Of a DNA stretch of 64,000 bases, positions 29,638-40,238 are shown piece after piece (the first letter of the stretch is position 1; the number at the start of each line of letters is the position of its first letter). This stretch comes from a virus. The notes under the pieces were generated by a model, which was not told the origin of the DNA, searched no databases, and worked only from the letters and a program-made list of their open reading frames with translations. The position numbers and the translations under genes are program-made. Where the stretch lies: positions 2,586 through 66,585 of IMG/VR virus record IMGVR_UViG_3300033571_012928; one strand, given 5' to 3'.

Positions 29638-30600
29638 ATGAAAGATAAAAAAATATTAATCATCGGAGGTACAGGTGCATTAGGTAAAACTTTAATTCGC
29701 ACTTATCAAGATTCAAATAATATTCGTGTATTTAGTAGAGACGAACATAAACAAGTTTATTTAATGGCGGCAGATTGGGTCAATAAAAACAATGTGTCAT
29801 GTATGATAGGCGATGTTAAAGATAAAGATTCTATTGCAAATGCATTGATAGAATACAAGCCAGATGTAGTAATCAACGCAGCTGCATTAAAACATGTACC
29901 TATCTGTGAATCAAATCCATATGAGTCAGTTAACGTTAACATTATTGGACATCAAAACTTATTAGAATGTATAACAAGATCAACTCATAAAATTGAAACT
30001 ATAATCTATGTATCTTCTGATAAAGCATGTAAGCCAGTCAATGTATATGGAATGTCTAAAGCAATATCAGAACGATTATATATTGAGTTTGCTAAGAAAC
30101 AAACATCAATCAAAGTATGCTTAGTTCGTTATGGTAATGTATTAGAATCTACTGGATCTGTTATTCCTTATTTTAAACAATTATTAAACGGTAATGCCGA
30201 GTATCTTCCTATCACTGATATGAGAATGACTAGATTTTTATTGACATTGGATAGTGCAGTTGATTTGATTGATTGGGCATATAATACACCCGAATCTCAT
30301 GGATGTATTGCTATTCCTAAAGTGCAGTCATTTAAAATTGAGCACATTGCAAAGGCATTGGTTAAACATTATTTAGGTAATGAAACTGCTATTCCATTGA
30401 AACAAGTAGGAATTCGTAAAGGCGAAAAGCTACATGAGGAAATGATATCAGATGAAGAATGGATGCGAACTATTGAAATGAAAAATTATCTTATTACGGA
30501 TAATATTGTAAGAGATGAGCATAAGTCTTATAATTCATTTGATGAGTTAATGCCAGAAGAAAATGTATATGAATTTTTAAAACAAACTAACGTATTATGA
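29638..30600 (+). CDS. UDP-sugar 4,6-dehydratase, PseB/FlaA1/CapD-like
   Basis: ILIIGGTGALGKTLI plus the hallmark FSRDEHKQ (PseB SRDELKQ) and YVSSDKA...YGMSKA catalytic region. Confidence 0.75.
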   Translation: MKDKKILIIGGTGALGKTLIRTYQDSNNIRVFSRDEHKQVYLMAADWVNKNNVSCMIGDVKDKDSIANALIEYKPDVVINAAALKHVPICESNPYESVNVNIIGHQNLLECITRSTHKIETIIYVSSDKACKPVNVYGMSKAISERLYIEFAKKQTSIKVCLVRYGNVLESTGSVIPYFKQLLNGNAEYLPITDMRMTRFLLTLDSAVDLIDWAYNTPESHGCIAIPKVQSFKIEHIAKALVKHYLGNETAIPLKQVGIRKGEKLHEEMISDEEWMRTIEMKNYLITDNIVRDEHKSYNSFDELMPEENVYEFLKQTNVL

Positions 30601-31154
30601 CACCAATATATTTAAGAAATGTACCACCGCCAATGGAAACTTTCGAGCATGTAAATATGCTCGAGTGGTATGCAGCATGGATTCGCCCTGAACGCTATTT
30701 AGAACTAGGAGTAAGAGATGGTAAGTGCTTTGTACCAGTATCAGAGTATTGTAAAGAAGCCATTGCAGTTGACGCTGCTCCTAGACCTTTTGAGTTGCGT
30801 AGTAATATGACATATCATGAAATGTATACTGATCAATACTTTGAATCAATTAAAGATCAAGGACTTAAGTTTGATATGGTATTCATTGATGCGGATCACA
30901 GTCATGAACAATCATATAAAGATTTTCTTAATGTAAAAGACATGGTTGTGTCTGATGGGTTTGTATTTTTTCATGATACATATCCTTTTAGCGAAGAGTT
31001 AACACAGCCATTTTATTGCAATGATTGTTATAAAACGCCAATTGCAATCAAAGAAAACTTTTCCAATGAATGGGAAGTTGTTACGCTACCATTTAATCCA
31101 GGTGTTACTATTTGTAAAAAAGTTCAACTAGATAATAAGTTGCCATGGATGTAA
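30597..31154 (+). CDS. class I SAM-dependent methyltransferase (TylF/MycF-like)
   Basis: MVFIDADHSHEQSYKDF is typical of macrocin-O-methyltransferase-like proteins. Confidence 0.55.
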   Translation: MTPIYLRNVPPPMETFEHVNMLEWYAAWIRPERYLELGVRDGKCFVPVSEYCKEAIAVDAAPRPFELRSNMTYHEMYTDQYFESIKDQGLKFDMVFIDADHSHEQSYKDFLNVKDMVVSDGFVFFHDTYPFSEELTQPFYCNDCYKTPIAIKENFSNEWEVVTLPFNPGVTICKKVQLDNKLPWM

Positions 31155-31867
31155 TGGTATTAGGCCATAAAGGAATGTTAGGTTCTATAGTTAAACAGTA
31201 TTTAGAATCTAAAGGCTATGTAGTTCATTTTTTAACTACTAGATATGGAGATAAGTATTTTCAGGAATCAATCAAAAAGTTCAATGGAGATTTTATCATT
31301 AACTGTATTGGATCTATACCTCAAAGAACAAATGACTTTAAAGTAAATACAGATTTACCAATTCTATTATCTAACATTGCTCCATGTAAAGTCATTCATC
31401 CTGGCACTGATTGTGAAATGGATATAGATCCATATGGTACTTCAAAAAGAATAGCTACCGAGTATATTAGTCTATACAGTACAAATACTAAGATTTTAAA
31501 AACATCTATAGTAGGACCTGAAAATGATACAGCATTTGGTTTAATGTCTTGGTTAGGCGCACAAACAGGTACGGTTCAAGGATATACAAAGGCAATGTGG
31601 AATGGTAATACAACATTGGAATGGGCAAAGCATGCTGAGGCATTAATGATGAATTGGGATTCATATGAAACATTAAATATACTTGAAGGCGAGTGTCTAA
31701 GTAAATTTGATATGTTACATTTATTTGCTGAGTTTTATAACAAAACTGATTTAACAATTGAGCCAATTGAATTAGGAAAGAATAAGTGCTTAGTAGGTAA
31801 TATTAAAACAAAGCCTTTTAAAGATCAATTAATAGAGTTAAAAGAATTTTACCATGGTTCAGTATAA
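31145..31867 (+). CDS. NAD(P)-dependent sugar reductase/epimerase (RmlD-like)
   Basis: MDVMVLGHKGMLGSIV Rossmann start; 240 aa. Confidence 0.5.
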   Translation: MDVMVLGHKGMLGSIVKQYLESKGYVVHFLTTRYGDKYFQESIKKFNGDFIINCIGSIPQRTNDFKVNTDLPILLSNIAPCKVIHPGTDCEMDIDPYGTSKRIATEYISLYSTNTKILKTSIVGPENDTAFGLMSWLGAQTGTVQGYTKAMWNGNTTLEWAKHAEALMMNWDSYETLNILEGECLSKFDMLHLFAEFYNKTDLTIEPIELGKNKCLVGNIKTKPFKDQLIELKEFYHGSV

Positions 31868-32753
31868 TGAGTTCTTCGGTCATGCCGATACAGTAGATAA
31901 ATTAGGATATCCAGAGTCTAGTAACAAATACATACCAGATGAGTACTTAAATAACAAACAATTTATATTGTTTCGTACATGTCATAGTTATGGAGATTGG
32001 ATTATACTTTCTGCAATGCCTAGACTATTAAAACAAAAATATCCGGATTGTACTGTAATTATACCTTCTCCTACATGTATAGCTAAATACTTCTCACCTA
32101 ATAATTGGCACAATAAACATGCTAATCCATTTAATAATGTAATAGAAGTATTTAGAAACAATCCATATGTAGATGGAATGATAGATGAAATACCAGATGG
32201 AATTCCCGTATATCATGATCACTTTCGTATCTATGACGAATCAAATACAAATATACCTTTGATTCAACAAATGTTAAAGTTTTGGAAATTCGAAGATCAT
32301 GAAATGTTAGATTGTCAACCCGAATTGTATTGGGATGAGTCTGAAAAGCAACAAGGCGATCAAATCATAAAAGATACATTTGGTACTGAAGAATTTGGAT
32401 TTCTGTATATAGACGATTCATTCTTTTATTCCGTTCCGTGGTACCATGATAAGATCGAAGGTAAGCGAGAATTAATACAACGAGAAATAGATAAACATGA
32501 TCTAATATGGTTATACTTTTCAGGACCAGATGAATTCAAGTATACAGTAAAAAATAAAATTGTCAATGTAAAAGACTTGAATGTATCATTGAGAGTTCAG
32601 AACTATATCAAAACCAAATCTAAATTAGTTATTGGCCATCAAGGCGGATTCGGTACTGATTGTATGCCTAGATATACAACATGTTATGTAGTTCCATTGG
32701 TATATGATTTGATCAATGAACATATTCAATTTGGAACTATTTACCTTAAATAA
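31854..32753 (+). CDS. hypothetical protein in glycan island
   Basis: ORF. Confidence 0.5.
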   Translation: MVQYNEFFGHADTVDKLGYPESSNKYIPDEYLNNKQFILFRTCHSYGDWIILSAMPRLLKQKYPDCTVIIPSPTCIAKYFSPNNWHNKHANPFNNVIEVFRNNPYVDGMIDEIPDGIPVYHDHFRIYDESNTNIPLIQQMLKFWKFEDHEMLDCQPELYWDESEKQQGDQIIKDTFGTEEFGFLYIDDSFFYSVPWYHDKIEGKRELIQREIDKHDLIWLYFSGPDEFKYTVKNKIVNVKDLNVSLRVQNYIKTKSKLVIGHQGGFGTDCMPRYTTCYVVPLVYDLINEHIQFGTIYLK

Positions 32754-32790
32754 CTTTGAAATATAAACAAAATTCATTATATTAAATCAT
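32752..32790 (+). promoter_or_regulatory. promoter-like AT-rich element (ATTATATTAA box)
   Basis: TTTGAAATATAAACAAAATTCATTATATTAAATCAT immediately 5' of the ATG. Confidence 0.35.
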
Positions 32791-33411
32791 ATGTCAGACT
32801 TAAACGAAATTATTCAAAAGTATCCTTCATCAGATAAAGGACCTAATTATCACGACTATCTTAAGTTTTATGAAAAACATATTTCAAAGTTTAAGGATTC
32901 CTTAACTAATATGTTAGAAATAGGAGTATATCAAGGAGATAGTATTCGAATGTGGAGAGATTACTTTTCTACAGGTAACTTAGTAGCTATCGACATTCTA
33001 GATCTAAGTCATATTCAACTTCCAAATACAACTATTAAAGTATGTGACCAAGCTGAAAGAAGTCAATTGCAAGAACTAATTGATTCTACATTTAATAGTT
33101 TTGATATTATCATTGACGATGGCGGTCATATGATGCATCAACAACAAATTTCATTAGGATATTTATTTCCATTTTTATCTTCAGGTGGAGTATATGTAAT
33201 TGAAGACTTACATACTTCGGGTCATGGAGCGTATACAAGAGGAGATGCAGATGGTCATATGTTAAACATCTTAAATGAATTTGCTAGTACCGGTAAGATT
33301 ACTAGTAATTTAATGACCGACGAAGAAATTGAGTATATCGAAAACAATACTGAAGTATGTGTTATCGAACAAGGAGCTCAATCTCCTATTGCATTTATTA
33401 TTAAAAAATAA
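32791..33411 (+). CDS. class I SAM-dependent methyltransferase
   Basis: LEIGVYQGDS (motif I) and IIDDGGH (post-I/II) pattern. Confidence 0.6.
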   Translation: MSDLNEIIQKYPSSDKGPNYHDYLKFYEKHISKFKDSLTNMLEIGVYQGDSIRMWRDYFSTGNLVAIDILDLSHIQLPNTTIKVCDQAERSQLQELIDSTFNSFDIIIDDGGHMMHQQQISLGYLFPFLSSGGVYVIEDLHTSGHGAYTRGDADGHMLNILNEFASTGKITSNLMTDEEIEYIENNTEVCVIEQGAQSPIAFIIKK

Positions 33412-34250
33412 TGAGTGCTTGTATTCTATTTGCTTGTACGTGTTTAGATAGAAATAGACTATTCGTAGTTAATGAATTTATCAATGCATTTAAACAAAAT
33501 TTCAGTGATGTAGATATCTATACTGGCATCAACTATGGATCTATAGATGATATAGAAAATATATTAGATGAATCAGGTTTAAACATACAATACAAACGAA
33601 TAGTAGATCCTAAAAAGTATACAGCATCAGATGCGGGTGCGTACCAAATGGCAATTAGGTTATTATTGGATTCAAATAAAGAATATGATAACTATTGGTT
33701 TATTCATACAAAAGGATCTGTAAATGGTCATAGTGATTATTTACGTGGATGGTACATAGAACACTTACTCAATAAACGACAACACGTGGAGTATTTTATG
33801 ACTCATGGTATAGGTAGTTATGGTTTATTAGCTACCTATGCAAATCCATTAGATTTTCCTAGCGAAGACTATAACATTGATATTCCATTGGTATCAAATG
33901 AAATTACAGATGATTTTATATGTACTAAAATGCCATATTTTTATATACATTCAATGTATGTAATAGCTAAAGGCCCAATGTCTGTATTTTTGAAAAGCAT
34001 ATCATATAAATTCTTTGAACATCCATTAAACAAATACTTCTTCGAAGGTGCAATGCCATATATAGCTTCTAGAACAGGATACTTTACTTATGTAGATAAT
34101 ATGGTTAGTGCACATACCGACACGGATCTTCGATTGCCAGCATATGAATGGATCTTACGAAACCAACGAGAAGAATTAACGGGATATTTAACAATGCCCA
34201 TGCGACTATATAAATTTGAACAACTAAACCCACCTTACTTACCATGTTAA
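33411..34250 (+). CDS. hypothetical protein in glycan island
   Basis: ORF. Confidence 0.5.
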   Translation: MSACILFACTCLDRNRLFVVNEFINAFKQNFSDVDIYTGINYGSIDDIENILDESGLNIQYKRIVDPKKYTASDAGAYQMAIRLLLDSNKEYDNYWFIHTKGSVNGHSDYLRGWYIEHLLNKRQHVEYFMTHGIGSYGLLATYANPLDFPSEDYNIDIPLVSNEITDDFICTKMPYFYIHSMYVIAKGPMSVFLKSISYKFFEHPLNKYFFEGAMPYIASRTGYFTYVDNMVSAHTDTDLRLPAYEWILRNQREELTGYLTMPMRLYKFEQLNPPYLPC

Positions 34251-34966
34251 TAGTAACATTAAATCATAACTTACCTAATTGGACTGACAATCTAGTAAGT
34301 CAATTAAAACGAGATCCAATGTTTGCAGAATGCGAACTTATGGTAATAGATAATGGATCTACAGAAACAATTGCTAAATCAACTACGCATCGTTTAGACG
34401 AAAACATATTCTTCGGAGGTGGTATTAATGTAGCGTTAGAATACTTTTTAAGTACCGATCACGAATACATGTATTTTTTAAACAATGACATTGTATTTCA
34501 TGGGCCTAGCTTTTTAACAACCTCAATGAAAGAAGCTAAAGAATCTAATGCTAGTATTTATTCTCCCTCTATTATCAACGCATCAATGGAACAATGTCAT
34601 TGGAAACAAATGTGGAATTGGGGTAAAGGATTGCGTGACGTAAGATGGATTGACTTTCAGGCTCCATTGATTAGAAGAGACATTGCTGAGAAAATAAAAC
34701 AATTTCCAATGGAGTTAATCTATGGATGGGGCACAGATTTTTATGCAGGATGTATTGCGGATACAAATGATCTTAAAATTGTAGTATCTGATACTAATAC
34801 AGTAACTCATATGAATTCTCTTACATTTAAGGAAAATAAAATCAATATTGGAGTTAATGAATTTTGTCAAGAAGCTGAAAGACAAATGTATAGTTTCTTT
34901 AGTAATTCTGAATTTAATTCATTATATTTTGATTTAAGGACATATGGGGAGCAGTATACAGCATGA
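34244..34966 (+). CDS. GT2-like glycosyltransferase
   Basis: LIVTLNHN ... MVIDNGS ... FLNNDIVF follows the GT-A pattern. Confidence 0.5.
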   Translation: MLIVTLNHNLPNWTDNLVSQLKRDPMFAECELMVIDNGSTETIAKSTTHRLDENIFFGGGINVALEYFLSTDHEYMYFLNNDIVFHGPSFLTTSMKEAKESNASIYSPSIINASMEQCHWKQMWNWGKGLRDVRWIDFQAPLIRRDIAEKIKQFPMELIYGWGTDFYAGCIADTNDLKIVVSDTNTVTHMNSLTFKENKINIGVNEFCQEAERQMYSFFSNSEFNSLYFDLRTYGEQYTA

Positions 34967-35592
34967 GACATGACATTTCACAATTAACAGAACAGCTTCA
35001 AAAAGAAGCATTTAAGCCTAGTTCATTTATTGAAATAGGATCGAGAGACGGGCATGATACTAATTACATATGTCAGTATTGGAATTTAGATCCGAATAAC
35101 TGCTATATTATAGAAGCACATCCTAAGTGCTTTGAATTTATTCAACGTACATATCCTCAGTATAAATCATTAAATGTAGCCGCATCAAATAAAACAGATG
35201 TAATTACATTCAATGCAGGTATTATAGGACAAGAACCAAATGTAGGAGTTTCTTCCGTATTAACAAATCCAACGAGTAACTTTATTTCAGAAACTGTAGA
35301 AGTAGATGCATGGCGTATGGAAGATATTATGAATCACTTTAATATAGATAAATTTGACTTTATGAAAATAGATGTCGAAGGCCATGGTTTAGAAGTATTA
35401 AAAGGATTTGGAGATAAAATAAAACAAACTAAGTACATACAAATCGAAGTAGAAACATTAGAAGTATGGACAGGTCAGTCATTACAAGAAGACATTGTAA
35501 ATTATATGGAAACATTAGGATTTGAAATGATTAACGATGTAAACTTAGATGGCATACAACATGACATTTTACTAAAAAACAAATTAATATGA
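34963..35592 (+). CDS. FkbM-family methyltransferase
   Basis: IEIGSRDGHDT ... MKIDVEGHGLEVLKG is characteristic of FkbM MTases. Confidence 0.65.
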   Translation: MRHDISQLTEQLQKEAFKPSSFIEIGSRDGHDTNYICQYWNLDPNNCYIIEAHPKCFEFIQRTYPQYKSLNVAASNKTDVITFNAGIIGQEPNVGVSSVLTNPTSNFISETVEVDAWRMEDIMNHFNIDKFDFMKIDVEGHGLEVLKGFGDKIKQTKYIQIEVETLEVWTGQSLQEDIVNYMETLGFEMINDVNLDGIQHDILLKNKLI

Positions 35593-36656
35593 TATCAATT
35601 ATTATACCAGCACATAACAATTTAAGGCATTTAAAAAATGCATATGCATCAGTAAAGAAACATGCTCCTGAAGCTGAAGTAGTCTTATTAGATGATGCAT
35701 CAACAGACGGAACTTGGGAGTGGATAGAATCATTGAATGATGATAAACTAATTAGTTATAAAAGTCCTACTAGAGATGGTCATACTGTATTGTATGACAT
35801 GGGTATTCAACTAGCTACAAATGACATAGTTGGCATAATGCATGCGGATATGATAATGGGTCCGAATTATGTTGAGAACGTTATAAAGCACTTAAAGCCA
35901 GGTACAGTAGTATGTGCGACTAGGATTGAGCCACCTCTTCATCCTCCGGGAAAAGAAAAGATAATTATGGACTTTGGAATGGACTTTGATTCTTTAAATG
36001 TATTAGGATTTGAACAGTATTGCGATGAATTGCAAATTGAATTTAAAGATCAAACTACAAAAGGAATGTTCGCTCCATGGGTCTTATATAAAGAAGACTT
36101 TGAAAGAATAGGCGGGCATGATTGGGGATTCGCTCCTTTTCCATATGAAGATTCTGATATCTTTCAAAGATGGATATTAGCTGGATATGAACTAGTTCAA
36201 TCTAGAGATGCATTTGTATATCACTTAACATGTAGAGGACATAGATGGACCGGAGAGATTGGTAAGAATGATGATTACTTTACGCATGCTGAGTTCATGG
36301 CTAGAAACTATTACATTAAGAAATGGGGAAGTTGGATTGAAAACAATGAATATGGCCATCCTATTTTAAAGCCAGTATATACTAAATGTGCTATTGTTAA
36401 AAACTATCAATTAACGGTTATGGATCCATGGCTAGGTGATATCAATCCTAAAGATACTAGCAAGTATGATATAGTAGTTGAATTAGATCTTAAAACAGTG
36501 ACTAATGCTGAGTTTACAGCACTAACATATTTAAATGAAATGGTAGCCGAAGCTAATGAATTGGGTACTTATGAAATAGGACTAATGAAAGTACATGTAA
36601 ATTCATTAGAAGATCGTAGCCATGAATTAATACACTGCAACAATGAAGCATCTTAA
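35589..36656 (+). CDS. GT2-family glycosyltransferase
   Basis: ISIIIPAHNNLRHLKNAYASV ... LLDDASTDGT is a classic GT2 start plus DxD. Confidence 0.7.
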   Translation: MISIIIPAHNNLRHLKNAYASVKKHAPEAEVVLLDDASTDGTWEWIESLNDDKLISYKSPTRDGHTVLYDMGIQLATNDIVGIMHADMIMGPNYVENVIKHLKPGTVVCATRIEPPLHPPGKEKIIMDFGMDFDSLNVLGFEQYCDELQIEFKDQTTKGMFAPWVLYKEDFERIGGHDWGFAPFPYEDSDIFQRWILAGYELVQSRDAFVYHLTCRGHRWTGEIGKNDDYFTHAEFMARNYYIKKWGSWIENNEYGHPILKPVYTKCAIVKNYQLTVMDPWLGDINPKDTSKYDIVVELDLKTVTNAEFTALTYLNEMVAEANELGTYEIGLMKVHVNSLEDRSHELIHCNNEAS

Positions 36657-36858
36657 AGACTTTACCGAAGAAGAAAAAGAATGGTACTACTGGCCAGTCT
36701 ATCCCGAATATGGAAAAGGTTTTGTATATGAAAAAAATCCTTATAAAGATGGAGTAACTCCATATAGAGAAGAAGAACACTATAAGATTTACTTTCCAAT
36801 TAAAGGAGTATTTGTAACTATATTCAAAAAAGACTTATTAAGAGCACAAGCAGATTAA
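36643..36858 (+). CDS. hypothetical small protein
   Basis: ORF. Confidence 0.4.
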   Translation: MKHLKDFTEEEKEWYYWPVYPEYGKGFVYEKNPYKDGVTPYREEEHYKIYFPIKGVFVTIFKKDLLRAQAD

Positions 36859-37097
36859 TGCAATACTTTATTATGTTACCAGGTGATACAGAAAAGGACT
36901 GTATCAAAGACACTAACTTATTAGGAGAGGCTTCGTTTAAAACATTCTATGCAGGAATGGGACTTAAAGCATTAATGAAAATGGTAGATAGGTCACCTGA
37001 ACTATTACCATCAGTTACTATTAAAACAGATACTGGTAAAACATTAACCGTAGAACAGTTCTTAACCGATATACAAACTCTTAAAGTTATCATGTAA
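36858..37097 (+). CDS. hypothetical small protein
   Basis: ORF. Confidence 0.45.
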   Translation: MQYFIMLPGDTEKDCIKDTNLLGEASFKTFYAGMGLKALMKMVDRSPELLPSVTIKTDTGKTLTVEQFLTDIQTLKVIM

Positions 37098-37110
37098 TAT
37101 TTATTGCTAT

Positions 37111-37908
37111 ATGATTAGACTTAAGAAACTACTAGAAGACATACCAATGGGCGATGTAGCATTTGGTGATAGAGCAGATCTAGCTAAGTTACAAAATGCA
37201 CCGACAGAGGATAATACAGATGCTGAGGATGAACTAAAAAAATTACTTATTAAGTGGTTTGGTGGAACGCCGGGGGCAGTAGGAACACAAGGTGAATGGA
37301 CTGGATATGTAAGTACTGAATTAAATAATCTTAAGTCAGATCTATTTAAACTTAAAAAAGAATTTCCTAAAGTATTTGATCCAGGTGCTACTAAATTTGC
37401 ATTTCGTGGAACTAATATACCTAATACTCATGAAGATGTTTATAAGTACCTAAAAGACGCTAAACAAATATACATAGTCAATAATCATGGTAAACTTACT
37501 TCAGAGCCTGTTATAGTAATTCCATATACATATAAACCTAAATCTCCAGTACAATCATGGTCTTCGGTTGAAACAGTAGCTGAGACATTTTCAAATACAG
37601 GATTACGTAAACTAGTTGTGATATCGAAAGTAGATGACAGTTTTATTATGAATCCAGCAGCTTCAAATTTATTATCTGGATTACGTGAATCTGAAATGCT
37701 TCACTTTGGAAAAGATATGACAACTTATCTAGTCATTAATAGTGTAAATGCGGATAATGCATATGTAGTACTATATGAGGTTATTGCTGGATATAAGCCA
37801 CGTGCATTAGAAGATTCTGATGAAGATATGTTATCGGCAGTAACTAACCATGAAAATTTTAAAAAGATGTGTAAAGTAGTACCTGACTATGATTCATTAC
37901 CATGGTAA
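37111..37908 (+). CDS. hypothetical protein
   Basis: ORF. Confidence 0.5.
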   Translation: MIRLKKLLEDIPMGDVAFGDRADLAKLQNAPTEDNTDAEDELKKLLIKWFGGTPGAVGTQGEWTGYVSTELNNLKSDLFKLKKEFPKVFDPGATKFAFRGTNIPNTHEDVYKYLKDAKQIYIVNNHGKLTSEPVIVIPYTYKPKSPVQSWSSVETVAETFSNTGLRKLVVISKVDDSFIMNPAASNLLSGLRESEMLHFGKDMTTYLVINSVNADNAYVVLYEVIAGYKPRALEDSDEDMLSAVTNHENFKKMCKVVPDYDSLPW

Positions 37909-38408
37909 GTGAAATAGAAGAATGGATCAAGTACATTCAAATGCCTAGAACAGAATTAGGTAATTACAGTGTATGTCCGTATGCTAGAACAGCACAAAAC
38001 AAATATACAGTAACAGAATGTACATTGGATCAAATAGAAAAATTAGTATCTATTTGTAATATTGTAGACAATAAACTTTGTATATTTTATTTACCTAATT
38101 ACGAAGAGTATACAATCGAAGCATTAGAACAAAAGACTTTGTATTTAAACGAACAATACTTACATTTAAACAAAGTAGTATTGGATTCAGATCCTAGAAA
38201 TCCTTTTAGTTTAAATGGAGTAGTTACTACATTCCCCAATTGTTATCTTTGGATTGTACAGCCATTAGATGACTTAACTGAAAAGTCAGATAAGTTAAAG
38301 GTATCGACAAATTACTATGATTATTGGACGCAAGAGCAATTAAATGAAGTAGTTACCTGGAGAACTAATATTTATAATCGAAATGAAACTGGAAAACAAT
38401 CTTCTTAA
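37902..38408 (+). CDS. hypothetical protein
   Basis: ORF. Confidence 0.5.
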   Translation: MVSEIEEWIKYIQMPRTELGNYSVCPYARTAQNKYTVTECTLDQIEKLVSICNIVDNKLCIFYLPNYEEYTIEALEQKTLYLNEQYLHLNKVVLDSDPRNPFSLNGVVTTFPNCYLWIVQPLDDLTEKSDKLKVSTNYYDYWTQEQLNEVVTWRTNIYNRNETGKQSS

Positions 38409-39477
38409 CGTATCTAAGCCATATGAGTTTCAGCCTGGAGATGTTGTAAAAAATATCAACCCAGAATGTACTCATTACAAGTCGAAAGGCGTATTGGTTT
38501 ATGTACATTCAAACGGAGATCTAACGTATAAAGTTCTTAATTCAGGCCCTACATACCAACCCGGAGATCAACTAACAAAGTCTCAAGATCAAATGATGAA
38601 AGTATTAGGTCCTAGACTACCTTTCCCTGCATTTGAATCTAAAATCAATGAATGCGTAGTTGCTAAGGTTGACTTAGATGACGATACTATTTTAGCTAAA
38701 AACAGAGACAGAGGATACAAAGCTTCTGTAGAAGTAGTACATGAAATCATTAACAATATAGAGGTAGTTTATATACACGATACATTAACAGATTGGTCCG
38801 AAGGATTAAATGAATTCGGTGTAGGTATTGTAAATTCATCTTTAATGGTTGACTTTGATGAGAGAGAAGGAGAGTTAGCTAAAGAAAAAGGTAAGAAAGG
38901 TGCTACACCATCTTTTGATGGATTAAAGATACGTACAGCACTAGGTAAAAAGAAACTATCAGAAACAGTTAAATCGGTAGTTTACTATGCAGGTCAAGAC
39001 AAATCAGATGTAGGCGTAAAAGGAATGACAATAGTTGCAAATCCTAAGTATGCATATATTATTGAAATGACATCTAAACACTTACCGGTAATCAATCAGA
39101 TAGATAAAGGTAAAGTATTAGTACGTACCAATCATGGAGTTCGTTATCCTGATTCGGGTTATACCAATGGAGTTAAAAGAGATTCATCTATTAGTCGTAT
39201 GAATATTGCCCAGGATAAACTTAATACAATTAAATCTGATTTTGAAGTATTAGATGTATTAGCTAAGCAATATACCCAGGATCCTTTTATGAATCCATAT
39301 CGTAGAGATAACAAATATAAGATGTGGACTACTTCGCAGGTAATGATGAACTTATCTAAACTTACATTTGCATTTAGAACAGATGAATCTAAAGCTGAGT
39401 TTAAAGGATATGTAAATAAATTACCCGAAGGATATGAGCCTAAAATAAAAGTTACTATATTAGACCCAATAAAATAA
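38383..39477 (+). CDS. hypothetical protein (364 aa)
   Basis: ORF. Confidence 0.5.
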   Translation: MKLENNLLNVSKPYEFQPGDVVKNINPECTHYKSKGVLVYVHSNGDLTYKVLNSGPTYQPGDQLTKSQDQMMKVLGPRLPFPAFESKINECVVAKVDLDDDTILAKNRDRGYKASVEVVHEIINNIEVVYIHDTLTDWSEGLNEFGVGIVNSSLMVDFDEREGELAKEKGKKGATPSFDGLKIRTALGKKKLSETVKSVVYYAGQDKSDVGVKGMTIVANPKYAYIIEMTSKHLPVINQIDKGKVLVRTNHGVRYPDSGYTNGVKRDSSISRMNIAQDKLNTIKSDFEVLDVLAKQYTQDPFMNPYRRDNKYKMWTTSQVMMNLSKLTFAFRTDESKAEFKGYVNKLPEGYEPKIKVTILDPIK

Positions 39478-39483
39478 ATCATT

Positions 39484-39696
39484 ATGGAAAAGAACTACTT
39501 CAGTCACCTAATGGATAAGACATATCACTTAGTAAAAGACACATATGTTGATTGGCCTATTGAAATGGAAGCTGAAGATCAAAAGAAACTAGTTTCAAAG
39601 TTGATTGAGTATTATAGTGATAGAGAAGATTTTGAGAAATGCATTGTTCTTAAACAAAAGTTACAGCGGATCGATGCGGAAATCAATGAAATTTAA
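39484..39696 (+). CDS. hypothetical small protein
   Basis: ORF. Confidence 0.4.
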   Translation: MEKNYFSHLMDKTYHLVKDTYVDWPIEMEAEDQKKLVSKLIEYYSDREDFEKCIVLKQKLQRIDAEINEI

Positions 39697-39731
39697 AGGT
39701 TTTTGATATTTATTTTAAATTTAATAAAATT

Positions 39732-39923
39732 ATGGACAACAAAACAGTTTTTGAAATTTACACTGAGATGGAAGTGTTATGGGAATCATTCAAAGCAAAT
39801 CATGCTATTTATGCTGAAAAAGAAAACAAATCAGCTGCTGGTAGAGCGAGAAAAGCTATCAACGAATTAAAGAAGCATGTAACGGCTTACAAAAAAGCAT
39901 CAGTAGAATCAACCAAAAAGTAA
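39732..39923 (+). CDS. hypothetical small protein
   Basis: ORF. Confidence 0.4.
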   Translation: MDNKTVFEIYTEMEVLWESFKANHAIYAEKENKSAAGRARKAINELKKHVTAYKKASVESTKK

Positions 39924-39950
39924 TCCAATAGCCTGTTTAAGGGAAGACAC

Positions 39951-40238
39951 ATGAAAAAAGAAGATTTAATCAAAATTATCGAAGAGGAAGTTAAATTAGC
40001 GTTAGCTGAGAAACAATTAACAAATGAAGCTTATGATTTAAGCGATGTAAAATATCCGTCTTCCCTTAAACAGCCTATGGAAAAACTAGTTGATTCTTTA
40101 AACAAAGCTAACAGTTTAACAAAGCCACAGATTGCGGCTATGTTTAATGACATTTGCTTAGCCTTAGGTATTTCTAAAACTGAGGTTAGTGCATACATGA
40201 ATATGATTTCTCAATACAGAACCAAATACAAGTTCTAA
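39951..40238 (+). CDS. small protein, tandem paralog 1
   Basis: MKKEDLIKIIEEEVKLALAE is paralogous to the next ORF (MKKSQLIKIIREEVSAVLKE). Confidence 0.45.
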   Translation: MKKEDLIKIIEEEVKLALAEKQLTNEAYDLSDVKYPSSLKQPMEKLVDSLNKANSLTKPQIAAMFNDICLALGISKTEVSAYMNMISQYRTKYKF

